Origin: Candidatus Marinacidobacterales bacterium
GTDB taxonomy: Bacteria > Acidobacteriota > Vicinamibacteria > Marinacidobacterales > DATDRI01
Reading direction: 5' to 3'
DNA length: 64,000 bases
Assembly (NCBI GenBank): GCA_965226495.1
Contig: OZ245365.1
Coordinates: 5,056,001 to 5,120,000 of the forward strand
Under the pieces are notes generated by a model. The model had not been told where the DNA came from. It worked only from the letters and a program-made list of their open reading frames with translations, and did not search any database. Both the position numbers and the translations under genes were made by a program. Shown piece by piece: positions 18,538 through 27,140 of this stretch. Each line of letters begins with the position of its first letter. Positions within the stretch are counted from its first letter, which is position 1.

Positions 18538-19282
18538 GGTTCGAGGATTGAGTCGCCGTTTCGGCGGCCTAATGGCCGTCAGCGGTTTGGACTTTAGGGT
18601 CGAGCGGGGCGAGATCGTAGGTCTCATTGGTCCCAATGGAGCCGGGAAAACCACTTTGTTCAGCATGCTGAGCGGTGGGCTGCTACCGACCGAGGGTGAC
18701 ATCCAGTTCAAGGGCAAGCGACTCGTTGGTCTCCCACCTCACCAAGTGGCGAGGCGAGGACTAGTCCGCACCCATCAGCTCGCAAGACCCTTCGGGAGCA
18801 TGAGTGTTTTGGGAAACGTTTTGGTCGGAGCCTCCTTCGGTCATCGAGAGCATCCTCTGCACCACGCCCGCGACCCCCGACGAAACGCTATGCGTGCTCT
18901 GGAATTGACCGGCCTCCTCACCAAGGCCGATCTACCAGCCAGGGCGTTGACGCTTCCAGATCGGAAGCGCCTTGAGATCGCGCGAGCTTTGGCGACTCGT
19001 CCGGAGCTCCTCCTCTTGGACGAAATGGTAACGGGATTGAATCCCTCCGAGCTGGCGAAGGCGATCACCCTACTGCGCTCGATCCGAGATGCGGGTACGA
19101 GCTTAGTCTTCACCGAGCATGTGATCAAAGCGGTGATGAATCTGTCGGATCGCATCGTGGTACTGGACCACGGGGTGAAAATCGCCGAAGGAAAGCCCCA
19201 GGCAATCGCTCAGAATCCGCGCGTCATCGAGGCCTACTTGGGAGGCGTACCTCAGGAGCCCTCACAGAAACGACGGAAATGA
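18524..19282 (+). CDS. livG: ABC ATP-binding protein (LivG-like)
   Basis: GTG 18524 with SD AAGGAG; GPNGAGKT, LLLDE and EAYLG motifs. Confidence 0.9.
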   Translation: MALLEVRGLSRRFGGLMAVSGLDFRVERGEIVGLIGPNGAGKTTLFSMLSGGLLPTEGDIQFKGKRLVGLPPHQVARRGLVRTHQLARPFGSMSVLGNVLVGASFGHREHPLHHARDPRRNAMRALELTGLLTKADLPARALTLPDRKRLEIARALATRPELLLLDEMVTGLNPSELAKAITLLRSIRDAGTSLVFTEHVIKAVMNLSDRIVVLDHGVKIAEGKPQAIAQNPRVIEAYLGGVPQEPSQKRRK

Positions 19283-19288
19283 CAGAAA

Positions 19289-20020
19289 ATGCCACTTAAC
19301 ATGGACGAGACCGACGCGATGCTGAAGGTCGAGAATGTCTCGGTAGCCTACGGTGACGTCCCGGCGCTAACCGACGTCTCACTCGAAGTGGGCCAAGGCG
19401 AAGTGGTGAGCCTCATCGGAGCCAACGGCGCAGGCAAGACAACGCTCCTCGAAACCCTCGCCGGGCTGAACCAACCACGAAACGGTTCCATTCGGCTTCA
19501 CGGAGAGAACCTCATTCTCCCTCCTCACGAGATTGTCGAGCGCGGAGTGTCCCTCGTGCCGGAGGGGCGGCGCTTGTGGCCACGCATGACGGTTCGAGAG
19601 AACATGGAGCTTGGCACGTACTCAGCCAGAGCGCGACCGCATCGTCGAGAAAGCGCCGAATGGATCCTTAGGCTCTTTCCGCGCCTCGAAGAGAGACAGC
19701 GACAGGTGGCGGGAACTCTCTCGGGGGGTGAGCAGCAGATGGCCGCAATAGCCCGCGCTCTCATGTCACGTCCTCGGTTGCTCCTCCTGGATGAGCCGTC
19801 TCTCGGGCTCGCACCACGCGTCGTTCAGGAGGTCTTCGAGGTGGTGAAGGAAATCAGCAAACAGGGCGTCACTATTCTGCTCGTCGAGCAGAACCTCCAC
19901 CAGGCCCTGGCCATCTCCCAACGCGGCTATGTATTGGAAACGGGACAGATCGTGAGAGAAGGACGAAGCGCCGATCTGGCTGCGGACGAGTCGATCCGGT
20001 CCGCCTACCTCGGTCTATAG
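19289..20020 (+). CDS. livF: ABC ATP-binding protein (LivF-like)
   Basis: GANGAGKT, VPEGRR, LSGGEQQM, DEPSLGLAP and AYLG motifs. Confidence 0.92.
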   Translation: MPLNMDETDAMLKVENVSVAYGDVPALTDVSLEVGQGEVVSLIGANGAGKTTLLETLAGLNQPRNGSIRLHGENLILPPHEIVERGVSLVPEGRRLWPRMTVRENMELGTYSARARPHRRESAEWILRLFPRLEERQRQVAGTLSGGEQQMAAIARALMSRPRLLLLDEPSLGLAPRVVQEVFEVVKEISKQGVTILLVEQNLHQALAISQRGYVLETGQIVREGRSADLAADESIRSAYLGL

Positions 20021-20048
20021 ACTCTCTATATCAACCGAGCCAGACGTC

Positions 20049-21218
20049 TTAAGACTGGATCCAATCCGTAAGGTAGACGTACTGGCCTTCCTCGGCCTTC
20101 ATCAGGCGTACGGAGTCGAATCCATGATGACTCTCGGGGGTGAACTCGTAGGTGACACCCAGAACGTTCTCAGAATAGGTCAGGTTCTCGAGTGCGTAAA
20201 TCAATCTAATCCGAGTCAAATCCTCGCCCGCCTCCCGGAGGCCTTCGGCAAGAAGCTGCGCCCAGCTGATTCCCATCAGGGTGAAGGTGCCCAGCGACTC
20301 GCCGCTCCCGTATTTGGCCAGGATCTCGCGCGCCAGGACGACGCCCGGTTCGTCGGAGTTGGGATCGGGAACCCCGGTGGCGACGACAGCGCCTTCCCAC
20401 ATTTCGCCCGCTAGCTCGAACATCAAAGAATCCGCGAGAATCTCGGTTCCCAGGAGCTTGGGGTGAAAATCCAACTTCTCGAACTCGCCCAAGAGAAGCG
20501 CCGCCTTCACAGGATTGGCGAGGAAAATGACCGTGTCCACCTCTGCGTCCTTGAACTTCTGGGCATGCGTCGAAAAGTCGTCCTCGGAGATACCGTGTGG
20601 CACCGCTACTCTGATCTTCTTCTTCACATCGCCCAAGCCTAGATCGACTCCTTCTAGGCCTTCGCGGCCGAACGGGTCGTCCTGGTAGAAGAGGCCTACT
20701 TTCTCGGCTTTAAAGTCCTCGACGGCGTGACGCGCGAGTATACGGCCCTCCGTAAGGTTGGTGGGCAACACGGAAAAGATACTAGCTTGCGTGGGAGTGG
20801 TCATCATTCGAGAGGCGGAGCCCGGATTGACCCACGGAATGAACTTGTTCGCGAGGTACTCCTTAACCGCCAGACAGCTCTCCGTCCCCGTGCCACCGAG
20901 GATGCCGAACACGTGGTCTTGCTCGATCAGCCCTTTGACCACTTCCGGTGTCTGAGCAGGATCGTATTGGTCGTCCTTCACGATGAGACGAAGCTTGCGG
21001 CCGTGGATGCCACCCTGGTCGTTGACGTGTTGGAAGTAGGCTTCCATTCCCTTGGTGACGTCGGCCAGATAGGAGAGTTGCCCGGTCAAGGGAGCCCATG
21101 TTCCGATCAGGATCTCTTCGTCGCTGACGCCGACGTCCGGGCCCCCGCATGCGGTCAAAGAAAAAACTGCACCCAGTATCGCTGCCAGGCAAACGCCACG
21201 CTGATGTCTTACGTTCAT
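20049..21218 (-). CDS. Stand-alone LivJ-like substrate-binding lipoprotein
   Basis: ATG 21218 with SD GAAAGG; lipobox LTAC; PLTG, GGIHGRKL and DDQYDP motifs. Confidence 0.82.
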   Translation of the reverse strand: MNVRHQRGVCLAAILGAVFSLTACGGPDVGVSDEEILIGTWAPLTGQLSYLADVTKGMEAYFQHVNDQGGIHGRKLRLIVKDDQYDPAQTPEVVKGLIEQDHVFGILGGTGTESCLAVKEYLANKFIPWVNPGSASRMMTTPTQASIFSVLPTNLTEGRILARHAVEDFKAEKVGLFYQDDPFGREGLEGVDLGLGDVKKKIRVAVPHGISEDDFSTHAQKFKDAEVDTVIFLANPVKAALLLGEFEKLDFHPKLLGTEILADSLMFELAGEMWEGAVVATGVPDPNSDEPGVVLAREILAKYGSGESLGTFTLMGISWAQLLAEGLREAGEDLTRIRLIYALENLTYSENVLGVTYEFTPESHHGFDSVRLMKAEEGQYVYLTDWIQS

Positions 21219-21492
21219 TACGAACCTTTCTTGACGGGTTGTCTCGAGCTCATCTTGCTCCCGACCCTCTTCGGCCCCGACGAGTGAAGACAAGCTAAAA
21301 GGGAGCCCGCCGCCTGACGCCGTCCGGCAACTGCACGCCGTTTTTTGGCGGCCCGCATGGTCTTGATACGGCTGGCTCCCCAAAGTCCTCGATCTTACCA
21401 CGAACCCACGGTCGGGTCGCAGGCTATTTCTGCCCAACGTTCATGCTATAATTTTTACGCTTGCATCCAAGCCAAGAAAAGGTGAATTCGAT

Positions 21493-21687
21493 ATGAGCGA
21501 AGACCTCGAGGTCGACAATGATGTGTTTCTGGAGGGCGGCGTTCTCTCTTGCATTTGTGGTCAACCCTTAGAGCTGGAAGAAGCCCTGCCACTCATCGAG
21601 ACCGAAGCGGGAAAACAGTTCATCACCTGTCCCACTTGCGACATGAAACATTGGGCGGAAGGCGGGATGTTCAGGCTAGACGACTAG
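21493..21687 (+). CDS. Small acidic zinc-ribbon-like protein (64 aa)
   Basis: CICG...CPTC; extended -10 TGCTATAAT and SD AAGGTG upstream. Confidence 0.65.
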   Translation: MSEDLEVDNDVFLEGGVLSCICGQPLELEEALPLIETEAGKQFITCPTCDMKHWAEGGMFRLDD

Positions 21688-21723
21688 CACACCCGTTCTC
21701 ACCGGCGCCTGGCTAGGCTGATA

Positions 21724-21812
21724 GTAGCAACCGCACATCTTGGCGCCCAACACGATCTGCAGGCCGTGCCTGGCTGCGTCGACTGTGGCAACCCAACATT
21801 TTGGCGCCCGAC
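21724..21812. repeat. Two degenerate direct repeats with a 61-nt period
   Basis: GTAGCAACCGCACATCTTGGCGCCCAAC versus GTGGCAACCCAACATTTTGGCGCCCGAC, each preceded by GCCTGGCT. Confidence 0.7.
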
Positions 21813-21928
21813 GGGGCCTGAAGGCGAGACTCCGGGCGTTGCTTACAAACAACCCCCGTCGGGGAGAACGCCGGATTCTGCTGGCGCTCTCCCTCCAGGA
21901 GTCAACACGAATTCAGGAACCGAAGTCC

Positions 21929-22567
21929 CTAGAAATCGTCGGAGCCACCCCCACCCAAATCGTCACTCGAGTCCCCCTCACCCGAGCCACCGAGACCCCC
22001 TGATCCTGAACCCCATCCACTAGTACTCGGGGCCGGTGTCGACCAGGGACTCGGAGGTGGCACCAGAGGTGCGGGTGCGGGTGCGGGTGCCGGTTTGGGT
22101 TTGGCCTTGGGCTTAGCCTTGGGCTTAGCCTTGGGCTTAGCCTTGGGCTTAGCCTTGGGCTTAGCCTTGGGCTTAGCTTTGGGCTTAGCTTTTGGCTTGG
22201 CCTTGGGTTTGCGCTTCGGAGCCGACTTCCGTTTGGGCGCCGATCGCTTTTTCGCCTTCTTCTTGGCCTTCCGTTTCGTTGCCTTGCGCTTCGTTGCCTT
22301 GCGCTTCGTTCCCTTGCGGGCCTTGCGCTTGGTCTTCCGGCCAGCCTTCTTCGCCTTCTTTTTAGCTTTCTTCTTCTTCCTAGCCGGTTTCCGGCGAGCT
22401 GTCTTCCGGGCCTTTTTCTTGGCCTTCTTTTTGCCTTGGCGGCCTCGCTTGGCTACCCTTCTCGACTTCTTCTTTCGGGTGGCCTTGCGCTTCGTGGCCT
22501 TGCGTTTTGCGGTCTTCTTTTTCTTACGTGCTTTGGTCTGGCTTTTTTTTCTCTTCTTTTTCTTCAT
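21929..22567 (-). CDS. Very basic Lys/Arg/Ala-rich histone H1-like protein
   Basis: KRKAT and AKPK repeats, Pro-rich linker, acidic Gly/Asp tail; SD GGAGG upstream; UUCG hairpin at the stop codon. Confidence 0.65.
   Translation of the reverse strand: MKKKKRKKSQTKARKKKKTAKRKATKRKATRKKKSRRVAKRGRQGKKKAKKKARKTARRKPARKKKKAKKKAKKAGRKTKRKARKGTKRKATKRKATKRKAKKKAKKRSAPKRKSAPKRKPKAKPKAKPKAKPKAKPKAKPKAKPKAKPKAKPKAKPKPAPAPAPAPLVPPPSPWSTPAPSTSGWGSGSGGLGGSGEGDSSDDLGGGGSDDF
22095..22202. repeat. Coding 12-bp tandem repeat, 9 units (AKPK)
   Basis: TTGGGCTTAGCC units with synonymous variants. Confidence 0.95.
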
Positions 22568-22824
22568 TTGAGCTGACTACCTCCATCAACAACCAAGCTT
22601 TCCCAGTGGTGTAACCCCGAGATTAGAAATAAGGCCGATTCGACGACGTCGTCGTAACGACCGCACTTCCAATAACGGGCATTAACGGGCATTAACAGGA
22701 TACTCTTCGTTAGTCCACCTGGCTTTCATGGTCGGCCCTTCCATTGAGTACGTCGGAGAAAGACCGCATAGTTAATCATAAGAGCGATATTCACCGACCG
22801 GACCTTGTTTCCAAACGCGAAATC

Positions 22825-22872
22825 ATTGTAAGGGTCATTCCATTGAACTGTCAAAGGGGTTCTTATTACAAT
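22825..22872. promoter_or_regulatory. Back-to-back sigma70-type promoters for the histone-like gene and mqnP
   Basis: Minus strand: TTGACA (22854-22849), 18 nt, TACAAT (22830-22825). Plus strand: TTGAAC (22843-22848), 18 nt, TACAAT (22867-22872). Confidence 0.55.
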
Positions 22873-22898
22873 CGCGCTTCATAGTAAAGACAAGAACC

Positions 22899-23750
22899 AT
22901 GCTGAGCCGCCTTTCCAACTATCGCCACTTCGTCAAGATCGAGCACACCCTCTTCTCTTTTCCACTACTTTTGAGTGGAGCGCTTCTCGCCGGTGACCAC
23001 TCCTTGAGCCTCAGAACGTTCGTCCTCATCCTTGTCGCCGGAACAGGCGCCAGAACCGCTGCCCTGGGCTTGAACCGTATATTCGACCGACGTCTCGATC
23101 GGGCCAACCCACGAACCGCGGGGCGGGAGCTACCACGGGGGGCCATGGCGCCAGCAGAAGCCTGGCTCGTTACCTCAATAGGTACAGGCGCTTACCTGGC
23201 GGCGGCCTATTTCATCTCGCCTTGGTGCCTGCTGCTCGCCCCAATCCCCTTGGCGATTTTCGCCATCTATCCACTGCTGAAGCGCGTGACGATGTGGGCC
23301 CACCTAGGCGTCGGCCTTGCATTGAGCATGGCTCCGATCGGAGCATGGTACGCCGTTTCGCTCAGCTTCCGGGACATGGGGCCGGTTTTGGTCCTGGGCT
23401 TCTTCACCGTTTTCTGGGTATCCGGTTTCGACATCATTTACTCGACCCTCGACGAGGCGCACGATCGCCAAGCCGGGTTGCATTCCTTGCCGGCTCGATG
23501 GGGCCGACAGAAAGCATTAGCCATCTCCGCGGTGTTTCATGTGTTGGCGTTTTGCTGCCTGGCGGCACTTTATTGGTTGGAGCTCCGGGGCATTGCGTCC
23601 GGGCTGTTGCTATTGGTCACCGGAGCGCTACTCTACTTCGAGCATCGAAATGCCGCTGATGTCGAATTGGCCTTTTTCAAAATAAATTCAGTCCTAGGCT
23701 TCGTTGTGCTGGCTTTCGTCTATGCAGGCGTTTCGGGGTTGATCCCTTAG
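22899..23750 (+). CDS. mqnP: UbiA-family prenyltransferase of the futalosine menaquinone pathway
   Basis: KIEHTLFSFP, NRIFDRRLDRANPRT and GFDIIYS motifs; next to mqnE/A/C. Confidence 0.85.
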   Translation: MLSRLSNYRHFVKIEHTLFSFPLLLSGALLAGDHSLSLRTFVLILVAGTGARTAALGLNRIFDRRLDRANPRTAGRELPRGAMAPAEAWLVTSIGTGAYLAAAYFISPWCLLLAPIPLAIFAIYPLLKRVTMWAHLGVGLALSMAPIGAWYAVSLSFRDMGPVLVLGFFTVFWVSGFDIIYSTLDEAHDRQAGLHSLPARWGRQKALAISAVFHVLAFCCLAALYWLELRGIASGLLLLVTGALLYFEHRNAADVELAFFKINSVLGFVVLAFVYAGVSGLIP

Positions 23751-23971
23751 CACTACGACTTAAGTTGGCGGAACCGCCCACGTGCAACCATCAACGATTT
23801 CGTGATTTTTCCGTCTCCCTCTCCACTTATCACGTTGATAGTGCTAAGCGGCGCCAACGGCGCCATCTTCTAAGGCGCCTTGCGATCCACCCTTCGCCCA
23901 GTACTAGAATGGGATCGGCGGGATATGAGAGAATCTCGAGTCTTGGAGTTAAAGGGGGCTTAGTCTCGACC

Positions 23972-25150
23972 ATGCGTAACGTTCATGACACCAGTAAAGT
24001 GGACTTCCCAGGCTTACCTGACGTGCCTGGCCGGCCTGACCGACCTGACCGACCTGACCGAGAAGTAGGCCGCATCGATTTCCAGGACCAAGCCCTCATT
24101 CCGATATGGGAGAAAGTCCTTCAAAATAAGAGGCTTGACCGTGAGGACGGGGTGGCCATCCTCAACACGTGGGACGTCGTAGCCCTGGGGCGTATGGCGG
24201 ATCACGTCAAGCGAACGAAGAGCGGGGACTACGTCTACTTCGTCATCAATCGCCAACTCAATCCAACGAACGTCTGCGTCCTCGACTGCAAGTTTTGTGA
24301 CTTCGCGGCCAAACCCAAAGACCCGCACGCCTACGAGATGTCCATGGACGAGGTTTTGAGCCGCTGCAGCGACGAGCTCTCAGAGGTGCACATCGTAGGA
24401 GGCCTCCATCCCACCTGGCCATTCGAAAAGTACCTGGACATCCAGAGGGCGATTCACGAGGCGCACCCCAAGATCCAAATCAAGGCGTGGACGGCAGTCG
24501 AAATCGACTGGTTCGCCCAAATCGCTGACTTGTCTATCGAGGAGGTGCTGGGCAGGCTTCGGGAAGCGGGCTTGTCGTCGATGCCCGGCGGAGGCGCGGA
24601 GGTCTTTTCGGCACGCGTGCGGGACGAGCTTTTCAAAAGAAAGATCGGAGAGGAACGCTGGTTCGAGGTGCACCGCATAGCGCACCGTATGGGTATTCCG
24701 TCGAATGCGACGTTGCTCTACGGACACATCGAGACCTACGAAGAGCGGGTGGACCACATGCTCAAACTGCGGGAGCAGCAGGACCAAGCGCCGGGGTTTC
24801 TATCTTTCATACCCCTCGCGTTTCAGCCCGGGCACACCGGCATCGTCGATCGTCAAGTCTCTGCGATCGAAGACCTGCGAACGGTCGCCTGCGCTCGGCT
24901 GCTCCTCGACAATTTTCCCCACATCAAGTCCTACTGGATCATGCTAGGCGAGGAGACCGCGTCGGTCGCTCTCAACTTCGGCGCGAACGACCTCGATGGA
25001 ACGATTGGTGAAGAGCGTATCGCTCATGCCGCTCTCGCCAAGAGTCCGGTAGGCGTAGCGAGAGACCGATTAGTGGACATGATCACCGAGGCGGGCAAAG
25101 TGCCGGTCGAGCGAGATGCACTCTACCAAGTGATCCGAGTGTACAACTAG
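23972..25150 (+). CDS. mqnE: Aminofutalosine synthase (radical SAM)
   Basis: NPTNVCVLDCKFC, EVHIVGG, MPGGGAE, FIPLAF and HIKSYWIM motifs; start placed at ATG 23972. Confidence 0.9.
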   Translation: MRNVHDTSKVDFPGLPDVPGRPDRPDRPDREVGRIDFQDQALIPIWEKVLQNKRLDREDGVAILNTWDVVALGRMADHVKRTKSGDYVYFVINRQLNPTNVCVLDCKFCDFAAKPKDPHAYEMSMDEVLSRCSDELSEVHIVGGLHPTWPFEKYLDIQRAIHEAHPKIQIKAWTAVEIDWFAQIADLSIEEVLGRLREAGLSSMPGGGAEVFSARVRDELFKRKIGEERWFEVHRIAHRMGIPSNATLLYGHIETYEERVDHMLKLREQQDQAPGFLSFIPLAFQPGHTGIVDRQVSAIEDLRTVACARLLLDNFPHIKSYWIMLGEETASVALNFGANDLDGTIGEERIAHAALAKSPVGVARDRLVDMITEAGKVPVERDALYQVIRVYN

Positions 25151-25254
25151 TGCCGTTCCAACTGGTCTGGCCACACACGACGACGGCACCTGGCAACGCC
25201 AAGGGTGTCCTTGGCTCATCACTTTCTCGGCGAATCAAGTTGGAACGGCACTAG
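25147..25254. mobile_element. MITE-like element: 100 bp between two CTAG sites
   Basis: Perfect 17-bp inverted repeat CTAGTGCCGTTCCAACT (25147-25163) / AGTTGGAACGGCACTAG (25238-25254); internal hairpin GCCAAGG-GTGT-CCTTGGC. Confidence 0.7.
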
Positions 25255-25266
25255 GCCCCCTCTCCG

Positions 25267-26049
25267 ATGCCGCTCCTCGTTGGACAAATCTCCTACCTCA
25301 ACTCACAACCGTTCTATCCACTCCTCGGGGAGCACCGCTTGCTGGCGATGCCGCCCCGCGAGTTGGGCCGGCTAGCGGAGCGCGGCGAGATCGACGCCGG
25401 CATCATGGCAACGGCTGACTTTATCGCGCTAGAGTCCCGGTACGAACCTGCGGCAGACCTCGGGATAGCGAACCACGAGGAAGTGCGAAGCATCCTGCTT
25501 TACAGCCATCGCCCACTCTCCGAGCTCGACGGAGCAACGATCGGAGTCACCGAAGAGACGTCCACTTCCATTTGCCTGCTTCGATTGCTCCTCGAGGTGC
25601 GAGATGGCATTCGCCCGCAAGGATACGTACGGGGGCTTCGCGAGGAGGGTGACGCCTTTCTGCTCATTGGAAACGAGGCGCTTCGCAGCCGCAATCGCCC
25701 GCCCGCCGATTTCGAGCACCGCTACGATCTGGCCGAGGAGTGGTGGAATTGGAAGCAACTGCCTTTCGTTTTCGCACTCTGGGCTGTCAAGCGTTCGATA
25801 CCCACCGAACAGAAGCAAGCCTTCCGGGAGCTCTTGGAACGTTCGCTGGACCAGGGCATTGCTCAGATCGATGAGATTGCACGTCGATACGCGGGAGAGC
25901 TCGGCTCCGCCGAGGCACTGGCGTCCTATCTCAGAAATTTTCGCTATCGGCTGGGACCAGAGGAAAAACGGGGGCTCACGGAGTTCAGGCGATTGGTCGA
26001 GGAGAATCGGATCCTCGAGCCCGTAGTCACCGGCGGAGGACAGGCATGA
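25267..26049 (+). CDS. mqnA: Chorismate dehydratase
   Basis: GQISYLNSQP, LLIGNEAL and DLAEEW...LPFVFALW motifs. Confidence 0.9.
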   Translation: MPLLVGQISYLNSQPFYPLLGEHRLLAMPPRELGRLAERGEIDAGIMATADFIALESRYEPAADLGIANHEEVRSILLYSHRPLSELDGATIGVTEETSTSICLLRLLLEVRDGIRPQGYVRGLREEGDAFLLIGNEALRSRNRPPADFEHRYDLAEEWWNWKQLPFVFALWAVKRSIPTEQKQAFRELLERSLDQGIAQIDEIARRYAGELGSAEALASYLRNFRYRLGPEEKRGLTEFRRLVEENRILEPVVTGGGQA

Positions 26050-27134
26050 AGACAGCCCTCGGCATGGAGTCGATTCAGGAAAAAGTCCGTGCCGGCGAAC
26101 GCCTTTCGACCGAGGAAGGGTTGTACCTGTTGCGCGATGCGCCGGTCCTCGAACTCGGCCAGCTGGCAATGGAAATCCGTAGACGACGGAATCCTGATCC
26201 GGTGATCACCTACGTAGTGGACACCAACCCCAACTACACGAACGTTTGCGATGTCGATTGCACGTTCTGTGCTTTCTACCGACCGCCTGGACACGCCGAG
26301 GCCTACACCCACACCATCGAGGAAATGATCGAGAGGATCCGAAGATCGGTGGCCATGGGAGTCACCACCGTCCTCATGCAAGGTGGCGTGAGCCCAGAGA
26401 TCCCATTCGACTACTACCCTGACATGGTGCGGGCCGTCCGCGAGCGCTTCCCAGAGGTGACCCCTCATTTTTGGTCGGCTCCCGAAATCCAAGGTATGGC
26501 CAAGGTCGCGGGGTTGACCACAAGGGAAGTGTTGACTCGGCTCAAGGAGGCTGGGCAGTTCACTATTCCGGGAGGCGGAGCGGAAATTCTCTCCGATCGC
26601 GTTCGGCGCAAGATTTCGCATAAGAAGGGCGGCGCGAACACATGGCTAGACGTGCACCGTGAAGCGCACGAGCTTGGATTCCGTAGCACCGCCACCATGA
26701 TGTACGGTCACGTGGAAACCGATGAGGACATCGTCCAACATCTTTCGAGCATCCGTGAGCTTCAGGACCTCCATCAAGGTTTCACGGCTTTCGTCCCCTG
26801 GAGCTTCAAGCCGGGGAATACGCCACTTCTCATCAAGATCCCCCGGCATGCGGGGCCGAACCGCTACCTGCGCGTCCTGGCCGCATCGCGCATCTATTTG
26901 GATAATTTCGAGCACATCCAAGCCTCTTGGTTCTCGGAGGGCAAGAAAACGGGGCAAATCGCGCTTCATTGGGGGGCCGACGACTTTGGTGGCACCCTCT
27001 TCGAAGAGAACGTCCACGCTTGTACGGGTTTCGTGAATAAGACGTCGACCCAGGAAATTCAGACTCTCATCAAGGAGGCTGGATTCCAACCCGCCCAGCG
27101 AACCACGCTCTACGAGATCATCGCCCGCAACTGA
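26046..27134 (+). CDS. mqnC: Cyclic dehypoxanthine futalosine synthase (radical SAM)
   Basis: NYTNVCDVDCTFCAF, LMQGG, PGGGAEIL, HIQASW and GADDFGGTLFEENV motifs. Confidence 0.92.
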   Translation: MKTALGMESIQEKVRAGERLSTEEGLYLLRDAPVLELGQLAMEIRRRRNPDPVITYVVDTNPNYTNVCDVDCTFCAFYRPPGHAEAYTHTIEEMIERIRRSVAMGVTTVLMQGGVSPEIPFDYYPDMVRAVRERFPEVTPHFWSAPEIQGMAKVAGLTTREVLTRLKEAGQFTIPGGGAEILSDRVRRKISHKKGGANTWLDVHREAHELGFRSTATMMYGHVETDEDIVQHLSSIRELQDLHQGFTAFVPWSFKPGNTPLLIKIPRHAGPNRYLRVLAASRIYLDNFEHIQASWFSEGKKTGQIALHWGADDFGGTLFEENVHACTGFVNKTSTQEIQTLIKEAGFQPAQRTTLYEIIARN

Positions 27135-27140
27135 ATCTCA

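Noticed and set aside
21724-21812. Mini CRISPR array, tRNA 3' ends or NrdR boxes in the direct repeats
   Set aside because: Only two degenerate copies with no cas genes; no tRNA cloverleaf or T-loop; the NrdR-like resemblance lies between convergent genes with no nrd target
22095-22571. 158-aa plus-strand ORF with GLAL and Phe-rich repeats
   Set aside because: Antisense shadow of the Lys-rich gene; the SD, promoter and stop hairpin all favour the minus strand
23765-23971. N-terminal extension of MqnE (likewise ORF-track extensions of the radical SAM, yggS, cdaR, livM, hpt and the 21437 start)
   Set aside because: The extensions lack family similarity or overlap neighbouring genes; downstream starts have an SD or stop-start coupling
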